Positions 27,200 through 40,200 of a stretch of DNA of 64,000 nucleotides are shown here, piece after piece. The notes beneath the pieces were generated by a model. It saw nothing but the letters and a program-made list of their open reading frames with translations, was not told where the DNA came from and made no database searches. The position numbers and the translations under genes were made by a program. Positions within the stretch are counted from its first letter, which is position 1, and each line of letters opens with the position of its first letter. Origin of the DNA: Azolla caroliniana (lineage: Eukaryota > Plantae > Polypodiophyta); NCBI GenBank assembly GCA_043228905.1, contig JBHGNT010000014.1:13082001-13146000 (forward strand), given 5' to 3'.

Positions 27200-27720
27200 T
27201 TTGGAACGACAATGTATAATGACATGGGATTGTGGAGGCTCACACTTCACACATTATACTACACATGTTGCACCTACCTACAAAACCATATTCTTTGCGG
27301 AACGGGGAAATCGTACACATCGATACATGTTAGAGCCCATACTGTTATCTACCATTCAAACTATTGCTTCCATGCAACTTAGCTCACGTGCATTGCAATG
27401 TGAGATAGGGCATTGGGGCACAAGTGATGAGAGTGGTCGACTATGCATACTTTGCCCTAAACAAGTTCGTGAGTCTAAGTATCACACATTGATACAATGC
27501 TCTGACTTTGATCATATTCGACCATGCTTTCCACATCTCTTTGACCGAGCCCAATCCTTGCATGAATTCCTCTCACAACCACAATTTGCACTCTCAATTA
27601 CAACATTCATTGGTAAAGTTCTTGAACATCGAGAGTCACTACTCACTTTCACACAATCACGTGAAATGTAATATTTTTGGTCTCATAGGTTATATTTGAC
27701 CTCCGAAAACGATAATATAA

Positions 27721-27756
<36 letters not shown>

Positions 27757-27760
27757 CTTC
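27200..27760 (+). mobile_element. RTE/RTEX-like LINE C-terminal Cys/His region and 3' (TC)n tail, likely the 3' end of the 23096 copy
   Basis: IASMQLSSRALQCEIGHW..RLCILCPKQVRESKYHTLIQC..DHIR; (TC)n at 27721-27760. Confidence 0.7.
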
Positions 27761-27889
27761 TCTCGAGAATTCTATACCCTCTTTTCCTCTTAGTACTAAT
27801 GCTCATCTTTAATACTAATTCCCTCTCTGTCTTAGTACTATTCCTAACACATGTATGATGTTTGGTAAGAAGCTTGCTAACTGCCAAGC

Positions 27890-28860
27890 TAGGACTTTCG
27901 TGAGTATCTTGTATATTGTGTTAAGGATCATGATTCAACGCCACTAGCCCACCATGCCGCGGCCCTTCTGAATATCATTTGATTCTTCTCCAGTGTCTTT
28001 TCCCACACCTTTGCCTTTGCTTCCTCCAGCTTAGCTCTAGACCAACTGCAACCGGGGTCTGCTTGTAGCAACCGTTGCGCTGCCGCAACAAACTTCCTTA
28101 ATTTTGTTTCCATCACTTTGACCTTCTAGAGGGCCCACTTCTAGAAGGTTAGTCTTGCCAAGATAGCGAAGGAGCATCCCAACTCCTCAAGGGACGAGTT
28201 GACTTATATGCGGTCTAGTCGTGTAAGGCTGCCACCCATAACATTCATGACAACTCTGGAGGAGTGTAGCGAATGTGAGCATCTCCTAAGGGAAGAGCCC
28301 CATGTATCCTTCACCCTGATTTTGCCAATTAGGAAAGCCCATGATTCAAGCTTCACATCATGAAATCACCGGTCTCTGGGTACCCCCTTTCCTATCTCAT
28401 AGGTGCTCAATCATATTGAAATCATTGGCCATTACCTAGGCCTTTGCATCAGGTAATGATGTCGTTAACATCCTCTAGCAGATTGGTCTCTCGAGTGATG
28501 AGTTAGGGGCATAAATGTTTAGCACGCTAATCTGTACGCCACTCCATTTAAGAAGCACATATAAGGCTTTACCCTCCACCATCGTGCCGTGGGATGTTAC
28601 CTCATATTGAGCCTTGTCACTAGTCAAGATGCAAATCCCTCCTCTTCGGTGAAGGTCACCCTAGGCAGCCAACCACCACGTGGTCCACCCTCCTGACAAG
28701 GGGTTTACTAGGCTCTGAGCTCTCTCTTGTGGGTTGTTACTATGTCAATGTTTCCCCCAATATTAAGGGGATTCAACTCCTCTCGAAGTCTTCTGCACTC
28801 TTGGTGTTGCCGGCCTCCATCGAGGCCCTGTACATTCCACGTTAGGATCCTCATCCAAAG
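27890..28860 (-). mobile_element. L1-type LINE ORF2 N-terminal APE endonuclease remnant
   Basis: MRILTWNVQGL start motif; downstream SVLNIYAPN and NDFNMI-like motifs on the minus strand. Confidence 0.75.
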
Positions 28861-30099
28861 ACGGTGAGGTTGACACCCATGTTTGGGCGGCAATTTGGAG
28901 TTAAATGCACTACCTATAGATTGACATGTTCACATTAGTGGGATTTCCCATTCAAATGCAAACGAATACGTATACGAATGCATGGTCAAATATTCGTTTA
29001 ACAAAAAAAAAAAAACATGAACTCCCTCCGTTTTAGTTTCCTAGGATATAAAATAAAGGGACTTGACAATAAAAAAGGAACAATAAGAGAGGGACTTGAC
29101 ACTAGTAAATTTATATAATAAATGTAAAATTATTCCTTTTATTTTTAATAAATAAATAGAACAAAATAAAGGTTCATTAATTCTTTATTTTTTCTTCTTC
29201 TAAAATTTATGGATATTTTTATTTGACATTAAAAATGGAACTTCAAACTAATCATATTTCTATAATAAATATAGAAATATTAGTTTTAAAAAAAAAATAA
29301 AAAATAAAAAATAAAGGTCCATAAACTCTCCCCTTTTTTATTTGAGACTATAAAGGAGAGTTATACTCATCATATTTTTATAATGTATTAATGGATGATA
29401 TTTGTTTTTTTATTGAATTAAATTTATTTATTTATTAAAATTAATGAATTAATTTTGTGAATATTTATTTTGTAAAACAAATGGTTTTATAATATTCTTA
29501 GGGCCATTTCATATTCTCGAATATTGCGAATATCACGCATGTGTCAATGTATGGCACTACCGCTTACCAGGTTATGCTCTTGGAAATATGTGTCTGGCCC
29601 ATAGAGATATTGGCCCTCCAAAGAGTATATAGGTACATTACAAAAGTAACACTGGGACATTTGAAATAGGTAATATGTCGCATTTTGAGAACTTTCCATA
29701 AAAAATTGACACAAATTAAGGTGATTCACAAAAAGGGGTGTTGCATGCATAAAGGATTTTAAAAAATGACCCAAAAATATATTGATTTTTAGCATGTACG
29801 AAAATTTAGGTGTTCAAAAAAATGCCTAAATAATGGACATGCCAAACTTACAAATGAATGTCCAAAATGACTAACACCAATATTTATAGAAATTTATGAA
29901 TCCAAATCTTGATGTACAATACAATATTTACAGTTAACGTATCAGGACAATCATTTTCCAAGTTTATGCCACCATCTTCATACCCATTCGATGAATTATT
30001 AAGAGTTTATGAGGTCTCATCCTCATCATCAATGACAACTGTTAAGCGTTTGGATTGCACCATGACCAGTCATGAAGAAGAGCTCATCAACAAGGACAT

Positions 30100-30590
30100 A
30101 GTATGGCTAAAGGACCTACGAAGAGGAAATGGCAAGAGGAAAGAGGGCTAAAGGAAATCGAAGTGTGAAAGGTCCATACCTTAAATGTAAATGCTATATA
30201 AACCACATGGTGGTGGCTTTGTAAGGGTTCTTCCATTTGAAAGATCTCCCTATTGATTAAGAGCTAGAGCTTCCTCTCCTCCTCCTTGTAACCTTTAAGC
30301 TTAAGAGAGATTAGTGAGGTGTTTAGTTAGAGAACACTAATCTCTCTTCCTTGTTGGTGCTAGACCTCTTAGCAAAGAGGGGTAATAAACATATTCATTA
30401 CGCTTATTGTCTACATTCATTACCCTATTGTCTATGAGATCGAGCTTGAGAGTGTGAGAGAGATATCAAACTTAATCATCTATTAATCATTGAGTGTGAG
30501 GCTCGGAGGTGTCCGACAACCATCTCTGCCCGATTCGCCATCAAAAGGGTATACGCTGGTCCGAACTCCACAAATGGCATCGTGGAGTTA
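30100..30590 (+). mobile_element. Possible LTR remnant with PBS-like site; left boundary uncertain
   Basis: TATA-like gctatataaacc; ends ..actccaca followed by aa-tggcatcg (PBS-like). Confidence 0.35.
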
Positions 30591-31139
30591 ACTCCGTTGA
30601 TACATAGATCCTACACAGGAACTAATGCATTGTCTTCATCCAATTACAATCCAACCTCAACCAAGTTATGAGTCATGCTTCTTGTTTGTCTTTGTGTTGT
30701 GTTTGAAGCCACATTCGAGATCCTCTTTTAGTACCTTCATTGTGGTCTATCACAAATAACTTGTTTTGGTCAAAGATAAGTCATACACTAGTATATAAAC
30801 ATTATCCAATGTCAGAGTAGATGTGCTTGATGCATTCTTTCATCTTCACTTTTTGGTTATGATATTTAATTATGTACTTTCTATTTACCATATTTGATTA
30901 TGTGAGAGAAACCTTCTACCAAAATCATTAGAATCTAAAAAATGTCGTAAAGATGTTTTTTCATTTTTCTTAGATTCTCATAGTAAGCCTTTAATGTCAA
31001 ACAGAAATTCGATTCATTCCATCTAGATTTGTTGCACTATGTCCAATTTTACTCTATACATCTAGAATTAAACGTAGTGCATTAGATTCCTACTATAAGT
31101 CTTGGAATTTAAAAAAAAAATTCCATTAAAAAAATACTC

Positions 31140-33260
31140 TTGCATTTTCAACAGAGACATAATGCATTGCATCGAATTCTAGCTATATAGACTAAACTAT
31201 GGTACATTGCATTTGATTTCAATCGGAAGTCCACTTTTTATTATTTATTTCCAAATTTTCTTATTTTTTGAGATTTTTTATTTTTCCCAAAAATAAATAA
31301 ATAAAAATTGGAAAAATATATTTTCAACGGAAATCCAATGCACTATCTCTTATTTGTTTCCAAATTTTCATATTTTTTGAAATTGTTTTGTATTTGTTTT
31401 GAATTTTTTTATTTTTCCAATAAATAAATAAATAAAAATTGAAAAAATGCATTTTCCACGGAAATCCGATGCAGTGCAATGGATTTCCATTGAAAATCCA
31501 CTATTTCTGATTTGTTTCAAAATTTTCATATTTTTTGAAATTTTTATATTTTTCGAATAAATAAATAAATAAAAATTAAACAAATATATTTTCAATGGAA
31601 ATCCGATGCCTTGCATCGGATTTCGTTGAAAGTCCACTATTTTTTATTTGTTTCCAAATTTTTATATTTTTCGAATAAATAAATAAATAAAAATTAAACA
31701 AATATATTTTCAATGGAAATCTGATGCCTTGCATCGGATTTCGTTGAAAGTCCACTATTTTTTATTTATTTGAAAGTCCAAATTTTTTGAAATTCTTTTG
31801 TAGTTTTTTGAAATTTTTTATATTTCCAATAAATAAATAAATAAAAATTAAAAAAATGGATTTTCAATGGCATCAGATTTCCATTGAAAGTCCACTATTT
31901 CTGATTTGTTTCCAAATTTTCATATTTTTGAAATTGTTTTGTATTTGTTTTGAATGTTATTTTTTTACAATAAATAAATAAATAAATAAATAAAAATTGA
32001 GAAAAATGGATTTTCGACAGAATCCAATGCAGTGCATTAGATTTCCGTTGAAGGTCCACTATTTCTGATTTGTTTCCAGATTTTCATATTTTTTGAAATT
32101 TATTTGTATTTTCTCTGAAATTTTTATTTTTTTAATAAATAAATAGATAAAATTGGAAAAAATGTATTTTCAACGAAAATCTGATGCACTGCATCGGATC
32201 AGATTTCCATTGAAAGTCCACTATTTCTGATTTGTTTCCAAATTTTCATATTTTTTGAAATTATTTTGTATTTTTTTTAGTTTTATTATTTTTCCAATAA
32301 ATAAAAAAATAAAAATTGAAAAAGTGGATTTTCAACGGAAATCCATCAGATTTCCATTGAAAGTCCACTATTTTTTATTTGTTTCCAAATTTTCATATTT
32401 TTTGAAATTGTTTGTATTTTTTTGGAATTTTTTATTTTTCCAATAAATAAATAAATAAAAATTGAAAAAATGGATTTTGGCCTTTTAAAATGTTAAAAGT
32501 AATAGAATCGTGATTTTGGCCATTTAAAATTATGTATTTTTAATGGAATCCGATGTAGTGCATCGGATTTCCATTGAAAGTCCATCATTTTCAATGGAAT
32601 CCGCTGCATTGCATTGGATTCCCATTGAAAGTCCAATATTTTTCTTTTATTTTTTCATTTATCATGGATTTTCAACTGAAATCCAATGCAGTGCATTAGA
32701 TTTTCGTTGAAAATGCAATATGTTTTTATTATTTCATTGTTTTATGAAAAAACTAAAAGAAATGTGGATTTTCAATTGAAATACGATGCAGTGCTTCAAA
32801 TTTCAGTTGGAAATCCAATTTTTAAAATATTTTTATTTATTTATTGAAATAATGAAAAACTATTGAAAAGAAAAAGGATTGTCAGCCAAAATCTGATGCA
32901 CTATGTCAAAGTCTAGCTGTATAAACTACAACTTTGATGCAGTACATCGGATTTTAGTTGAAAAGCCATTTATTATTATTATTTATCTGGAAAAAAATAT
33001 AAATAAATAAATAACATTGAAAAAAGAAAAAAGAAAAAAGGATTTTCGACTTTAATCCAACACATTGCATTGGATTCTAGTTGTGTACACTAAAATATAA
33101 TGTAGCGTAGCGTATTTTAGCTGAAAATCCATTTATTATTTTTTTATGGAAAAAATTTTAAAATTTACAAAATTAAAAAAAATCTTGGATTTTCAATTGA
33201 AATCCAATGCATTGCATTGGATTCTAGTTGAAAATCCAAGATTTTTTATTTTTTAAAATT
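31140..33260. repeat. Array of ~40-bp palindromes separated by A/T-tract spacers
   Basis: Roughly 15-20 degenerate copies of ttttcaa.ggaaatccgatgc-NNN-gcatcggatttcc.ttgaaa. Confidence 0.88.
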
Positions 33261-34419
33261 TTCATTGGGTTCTAGATTTGTTTTCCGACACAGGTATATA
33301 ATATAAAACTTGCATCAATTTAGATTAACGTTATAGTCTATTCTTCAGTTGGATGTTACATGTGCAATTTCATTCTATTGTCATGTACTACTACAACATG
33401 CATCTTACAGATGTTCAAGAACCCTATTGCATTAGAGAAGGACCCTAAGCAAGTTAATTTCATCAAAATGAGGATCCAAGGTATCTGGAACTGTCCTGAT
33501 TAAGACCAAGAAGTTGGGGCAAAGCATATCAATGAAACTTAGATGTTCCAGATGACTTCTAGAGAACCCATGGAACCTATAGATGAAGAAGTAGGGTACC
33601 TTGCTGAAGTAGAAGATGTGTCATAGTCTGAACATACTAACGATTTAACTTTGCATACTGACAAAGCCAATGAGGACAATCCTGATGAAAGAGCTAATCT
33701 TGAGGAGACAACTTTACCAGACTTATTATTTGATTGAATGGATATGGCTTATTGTAAAATTTGAACAATATGAATTGTTAAATTTTGATGTAACATATAA
33801 GTTGAGCTTATTTATAATTTTCGTGTAACACTCATTGAACTTAGAGATTAAGTATAATTTGTATGTGTACATGTTGTCTAAATTCTCCTTTATCGTTTGG
33901 GGTATATGGGAGATAAAATTATACTCTATCATTTACTCGTCTGATTGAAATGTTATTGTAGACTAGTTTATTTATACATTGACCGTGTCATGTATCACGT
34001 GTCAATGGAAATTTTCTCTTGACATAGTAGTATCCCTTAATTGCAAGGTTCACAATTTGCTTTAAGATATATTATATATAAATATACATAGTAGAAGAAG
34101 TCACTTATTCAATGGGGTATGCTTTTTAGAATATGCACAAGGACTCGTGTTACTATTATACTTGTGTTGACGAATATACCCCTATCGAAGATTTGGACAA
34201 AAACATGGTAGATAGAATATACATCGGATGATTTTGTTGATATGATATTAGTTAGTTCTATTTTTCGCTATGTTTTTATAAACCACATACGCATGCGCCG
34301 TGCCTTTTTGAAATCATGCTTAAATAAGGCATTTTTTAACATCTCACTAAGATATGAAAAAGAGAATGTGAAATATTACCTGTTTCAAATGACCCGGTGT
34401 TAAGTCAAGAATATTCAAA

Positions 34420-34880
34420 ACCATTGATTACCACATCTTTCTTGGAATGTTGGATGTAAGCTACAAAAGAATCATAAGCATAAAATTCTCTCATCCGGTT
34501 AGGTTGTTGACATAAGAAAATGGTTCAAAAGATAAGGTGTGGATGATCTTTAAGAGCTTTCGGATGATGCTATGCATTATGTAATGATTAAGGAAAGGTT
34601 AGTGGAATCATTAAGGATGAAATGGGAAGATGCTAAGAGGACAAAGCTAGAATACTACATTGCAAATGTCAATTGTGAATTTTGGTCTCAATATAAGGCA
34701 AGAATGCCTATTGGTCGTATCCAACCTTATCTCATTACCAAATATGAATAGTAATGCTCGTAGAGACCTTACACTTCTTTGCCCTTGATCTCACAACTTA
34801 AGTATTTGAGTTGCATCATGGTATCAAAATGTAATGAATTTGAGGGCATGTAAAGTATGCAATGAAGGCATATAGTGAAA
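34420..34880 (+). mobile_element. Highly degenerate RTE-type LINE C-terminal fragment
   Basis: KLEYY..QPYL..SHNLSI..W..LRACKVCNEG pattern across stops. Confidence 0.45.
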
Positions 34881-36129
34881 TTCATTCAAGATATGATGAC
34901 ATATTAAGAGGGAGTGATAACTTAAGTGTCATACTTAAGACACCACCTAGAAGGTTGAGTTCATATGTGTATGCCTTATTCACACATAGAGACTTTGTAC
35001 TTCGATGTATAAATACCCCTTTTTAGGAAGGAGACACTTATAAAGAACACATGCATACTTTGGATCCATAGGTTAAAATTGACCTCTTTATGGACGATAA
35101 AAAAATTCTAATTCTAACTCTAAGACTTTGACAATTTCAAAAAGCTTTTGTTTCAAGGCACCTATCATCTACATCTAATCCAAGCCAAGGTACATCTCTA
35201 AACTATAGGCGGTAGTATGGGATGCCACTAGGGTTTAGGGGTCATCTCAAATCCTTTACTTGGGGGTGGTTATGAGGAGTGATGCCCTCACTTATTTATA
35301 TCTTAAATTTGAATAATATCATTAGTTTGATTTAATAATAAAATTTGATATCAGAATCCTTGCGAATGAAATTGTTGTTTTCTCGGGTGTATGTTTTTCT
35401 CTTTATCTTTGTGAATGCTAGTTTGCTTAATGAGATATCTTCATGATTTCTAACCTGAACACTTCGATCATTACAATGTTTTTTTCTTTATTTTCCTAAA
35501 ACACCTTTATTTGTACGACATTGTCGCAAACTTGCCTGTGAAATTTTAGCTAAACCTCCAGGGAGGATGTGAAGACTAGGATGGGGCGAATGTTTGGAGA
35601 TTCGAAGGCTCCAAGAAGTTAGAAGTTCTTTAAAGTTGGAAGTTCTTCCGATGAACAACTCTTTAGACTCGAAGGTTCATCAGAGTCTAGGCCTTGTTAG
35701 AGTTGAAACCTCTCTAGAGTCAAAGGGAAGGCAAAGTCCAAGGTAAGGTAGAGTTGAAGGGAAGACAAAGTTGAAGAGAAGGTGGAAAATTTACGAGTAC
35801 ATGTATCTTCGCTTAATGGTCGGAATCGAGATTCGTAAAATCTATCATGAGCCTCATGATGAAGGCTTCGTATTGATGTGATGAATTTCCTTGCAAGATG
35901 ATTTGGTGACTTGCTTTAAGATGCTTTTGCAAATATTCACGTAACTTTATGTCCCAAGCTCGGAATTCCAAGGCGAAAATTTCGACACGATCCTCGCAAC
36001 GAAGTCTTTGTGCAAAATATAGAAATATATATTGTATTAATTTTCTATAAGAAATAATATGTTCTAGAGAGTGAAAGTACAACTAGAAATTTAAAGTGCA
36101 TGTGATGACACCGACCCAAATCTAATCTT

Positions 36130-37230
36130 CGTCACTACCAGCCTCCAACGTGACGATGAAACCACACTGGTGGCACTCCTAACTGAATTTAAAGATGTGT
36201 TCACATGGAGCTACACTAATATGTGTGGCATTCCAACCGAGGTTGTGACTCATAGCATCCCGATGTGGCCCAATGCTTGTCCTATACATCAATGATGGCG
36301 ACCAATGAACCCTAACTATGCCCAACAAGTAAATGCAGAAATCAATAAGTAAATATCTCTCGAATAGTGGTCATCCCAAAGAAAAACCGCAAGATACACG
36401 TGTGTATCGATTACCATCAAGTCAACGATGCCACAATAGAAGATAATTACTCGGTACCATACATTGAACACTTGTTGGACTGGGTAGCGGGGGTTGAAGC
36501 CTATGGCTTCATAGATGGATTCTCAAAGTATAACCAAATCTCGGTATTACTAGAGGATCAACATAAGACTGTGTTCGCCACAAAGTTCAACACTTTGGGC
36601 TAATGAGCATGTTGAGAACCTACCAATAGGCAGCCAACCACATATTCATGGCCAAGTTATGCAACGGTATCGAATCTTACGTCGATGATTTGTGTTGTCA
36701 CTCCAAGTGGCATGCACACCTATGCCTACTATGCACGAGGTTCGAAAACTGTGGGGAATACCAACTCTCCCTTAACCCCCTCAAATGTCAGTTCTGGGTC
36801 AAACACATTCTCATTCTCCAACACATAGTATCAAGAGACAAGATCTCTATAGACAAAACCAAGGTGAAGCTCATTGTCAAGATGTAGCCCTCAAACAACG
36901 AAAAAGAAATTACAAGGATTCATAGGGTATGGAGGGTACTACCACTACATCAAAATGTTCGTAGAGAAAGCACAACCCCTTTATGCGCCATTAAAACTAT
37001 ACACATGGACCGACGAGTGCACTCGATCATTTGAGCACCTAACAGAATAACTCGCAAACGCTCTGATCCTCTGGTCACCAGATTGGAACACGAATTTCCA
37101 TGTACACACCGATGCCTCTGTTTTTGCTCTAGGTGTTGTGTGTTGGCTCAACCCGGTGATCACCTTTGCCAACTGTCAATTAAACGTCACCAAGCAAAAT
37201 TATGTGACAATGGAATGCAAGGCTCATAGT
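36130..37230 (+). mobile_element. Ty3/gypsy RT-RNase H remnant
   Basis: FKDVFTWSY; VIPKKNRKIHVCIDY..DGFSKYNQI..DQHKTVF; YVDDL; LNPLKCQF; FHVHTDASVFALG. Confidence 0.85.
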
Positions 37231-40200
37231 GGTGCAATGTATCATCATAACCATGCTATTATGTTTTTCACCATTGCTACTTGGACTAAGGAGACATGAA
37301 AACCATTGATGTGATTGATAATGAATCTCAAAGGTTGTCAGAATTTAAAGATGCTACATTATAGTTATGTATTCTTCAAAATTATGGATTTATTTGAGAT
37401 AAATTACAAGATATACCATTGTTGCATGGATCTTTACGAATGAAAACAATTGTTACACTTTGGGTGTATTAACGGTTAAAGGATCATACACGTTAGTTAC
37501 AAGACACTACAAATATTGTATCATCATGTTGTGGCATCATTATCTTGCCTATCACCTAAAGCAAAAAAGGTGTCGAATGTATGTAAGTCAAAGGCAAGGC
37601 GGTTGTCATTACCATTTGCTATTTCGTGCAAATGTTTTTATGTCTAGAGTCATGATGGCGGGCTCCCATTAGGCTAAGGTCAAGTAGATGCTTCTTTTGG
37701 ACCATTGCAATGGAGGATAGTACACAGAGGTTCATTAAATGCCTGATACTGCATATCGTTTGGAAGTAGTTATCAGAGTTTTGTTAAGTTTTAACACATT
37801 TTTACAAGATAAGAGAAAGTGAGGATCATTTCTTGAAGCGCATACATATGCATGTATTTAGGTTTTCTAATGGATTTACAAGATGTCCCTCTCCCTATAA
37901 TAGTAGGTAGGTAGGTACAAGAATGAAATGGAAAACCCTAATATGTAGGTACAGAATGAGTGGGAAAACCCTAATAGGTACAGAATGAGTAGGAAAACAT
38001 TAATCTTGTTGTGCAATCCATGGTGTGATTTTTGGACAACTTATGTTACCTACAATGGCATCATGTACGACGACAATGATTGAGCAATGGAAGCTTGGCC
38101 CAATAGCGCAAGGCCACAATATTGTTGGGGCTTGTCCACTCAAGTGGAGCTCACAACATTGAGTCAGCTGAACGCTGAATAGGCTTAAGACAAGTTATAA
38201 TTAGTTGTATTTATATTTATATATATATGTATGCCTTTTTTCTTTTTGTATGTTTTTTGGGCGTGTGTCTTTTTGTGTGTGTGTGTGTGAACACAGATAT
38301 AGAAGTTGGACTACAAGAAGAAAAAAGCAGAAAAACAGAAAAAGAAAAGGAGAGATAGCGTGACCTGATTTTTTGAGAGAAAACAAAGAGTGAAAACAGT
38401 TTTTCTGAGAGTGCAGAGAGCAAAAACAGAAAACAGAGAGAGAGAAACAAAAATCGAAAGAGTGAGCAAGAGGAAGAGTGAACTATTGTCACAAATACAA
38501 AGACCTACGAGGGGTTGTTCGTGCTATCGAAGAACCACGATTGAACAACACCTGTCCTGTCTACTTGTTTCAGGTTTCTTCGTTTTATGTTTTTCTAGTT
38601 TCTGTTTTCTTTGGTTTTCTATCCACCCAATTGGGTGAGGAATTATAATCGGGGTCACTGTTGTTTCCACCCAATCGGGTGAAGATGGTAGCCAAGGCTG
38701 TTGTCTTGAGGCTAGGACATATTTCTAGTCAAAACCTAGAGAGTCCATATTGTCTAGCTGAGGTTGTTGCCTTGAAGTAGATACATTCCTCTAGTGAGGT
38801 CGTATTTCATTGTAATCCAAATTATAGTGAAGTTGTTTGGAACCTACGGTTCCCGTGGTTTTTCCCTATTTTGGGTTTTCCACGTTAAAAATCTTAGTGT
38901 ACTCTCATTTTCGTCTTGTGGTTTCATCTATTGTTCATCAAGTGTTAATTGTGTTTGAAGTTGTTGAGCGGCAAGCTCCATTGGAGCCGGATCGACTGAA
39001 TAAGCCTGAGCCGGTGAGCGAGACGGATCGGTGAGCCAGTGAGCACCCGGTGAGCAAAAGAGTTGGTGAGCTAGGGAGCCGGTTAGCCGGATCCATCAGT
39101 AACCGGAAGCCTAGTAGCAGCTAGACTACTAGGGAGTTAATACTCTCGTAGTTAGTGTCAGACGCTCAAGTGAGCATTGAAGTACACCATACTTCTGTCA
39201 GTCCATATGGACTTGTATAAAAGTGTTTGCTGAACACATACTATGTACAGAGTGTTGATATAATTTTTGAATAGTGATTCCTGTTCTGCTCTCTCTGTCT
39301 CTCCCGCGTATTGTTAAGCTCTCCATTAAACCTGTTCTCTGTTTTCTGTTTTCTATTGCTTCTGCACGCTATTTGTTTTTACATGGTATTAGAGCGTGAG
39401 GGTTGAGAACCTCTGCAGCCGACATAACTTGAAAGAAAACAAACCAACCAAGAAGAATAGGCAAAACCGATGGATAGAGGCATGGCTAGCTCGCTTCCAA
39501 CAGAGAAGCTCGACAAAAACAACTACGCGTCTTGGTCTTACAAGATGCACCAGTACCTGCTCGGACACGGTTACTGGAGCTATGTCAATGGAGCAAATGA
39601 CACAGCACCCGATTCGACACACAAAGACCTCCCATCTTGGGAATAGTCGGCAAGTAGAGTATTGTACTAGTTCACGTCTTGTGTGGGCGAACAACTCCTG
39701 AGCTATATTCGGGATGCGAAAACGCCAAAGGATGCTTGGGGAAATCTGAAGAAGATCTTCGCCGCAAGCACCACAGCCAGGAAGCTTCACCTCCGACAGG
39801 AGCTGAGCAATTTACGACAACACGACTTGTCGGTGGCTGATTACACCTCGAAGATCAAAGATATATGTGATTCTCTAGCCTCTATCGATGTGAACGTCGA
39901 GGAAGGAGAGATGGTGCAAATCTGTCTTGGGGGACTGGCGTCGAAGTTCGGAGCATTCTGAAGTGTTGTGTGTACATGGGAGAATACGCCATCGTTTTTC
40001 GACTTATAGTCGATGCTCCTTATAGAGGAGAACCATGCGGGCGCGTCGACAAGTGCCCCCACCGACAACCGGATGCTGTACATGGAGGCGGATCGGCCCT
40101 GTGGGCGTGGTGGACGAGGCGGGTTGGCACGCAATGGAGGCGGCCGGCAGGGGCAAGACCGACGGCACAGAGACCGTGCCGATAGCAGTTCTGGGACTTC

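Larger units (their letters stand above)
29649..34400. mobile_element. ~4.75-kb putative non-autonomous TIR DNA transposon (~40-bp imperfect TIRs, TA flanks)
   Basis: Left ta|acactgggacatttgaaataggtaatatgtcgcatt; right aatgtgaaatattacctgtttcaaatgacccggtgt|ta; weaker subterminal inverted similarity further inside. Confidence 0.65.

Noticed and set aside
28936-29558. TAGTG..CACTA-bounded AT-rich segment with CGAATA motifs (hAT MITE?)
   Set aside because: Terminal match is only 5 bp and there is no 8-bp TSD
34905-36100. Two PPT-like tracts followed by TG (possible LTR starts at ~34914 and ~35568)
   Set aside because: No paired LTR, defined end or TSD
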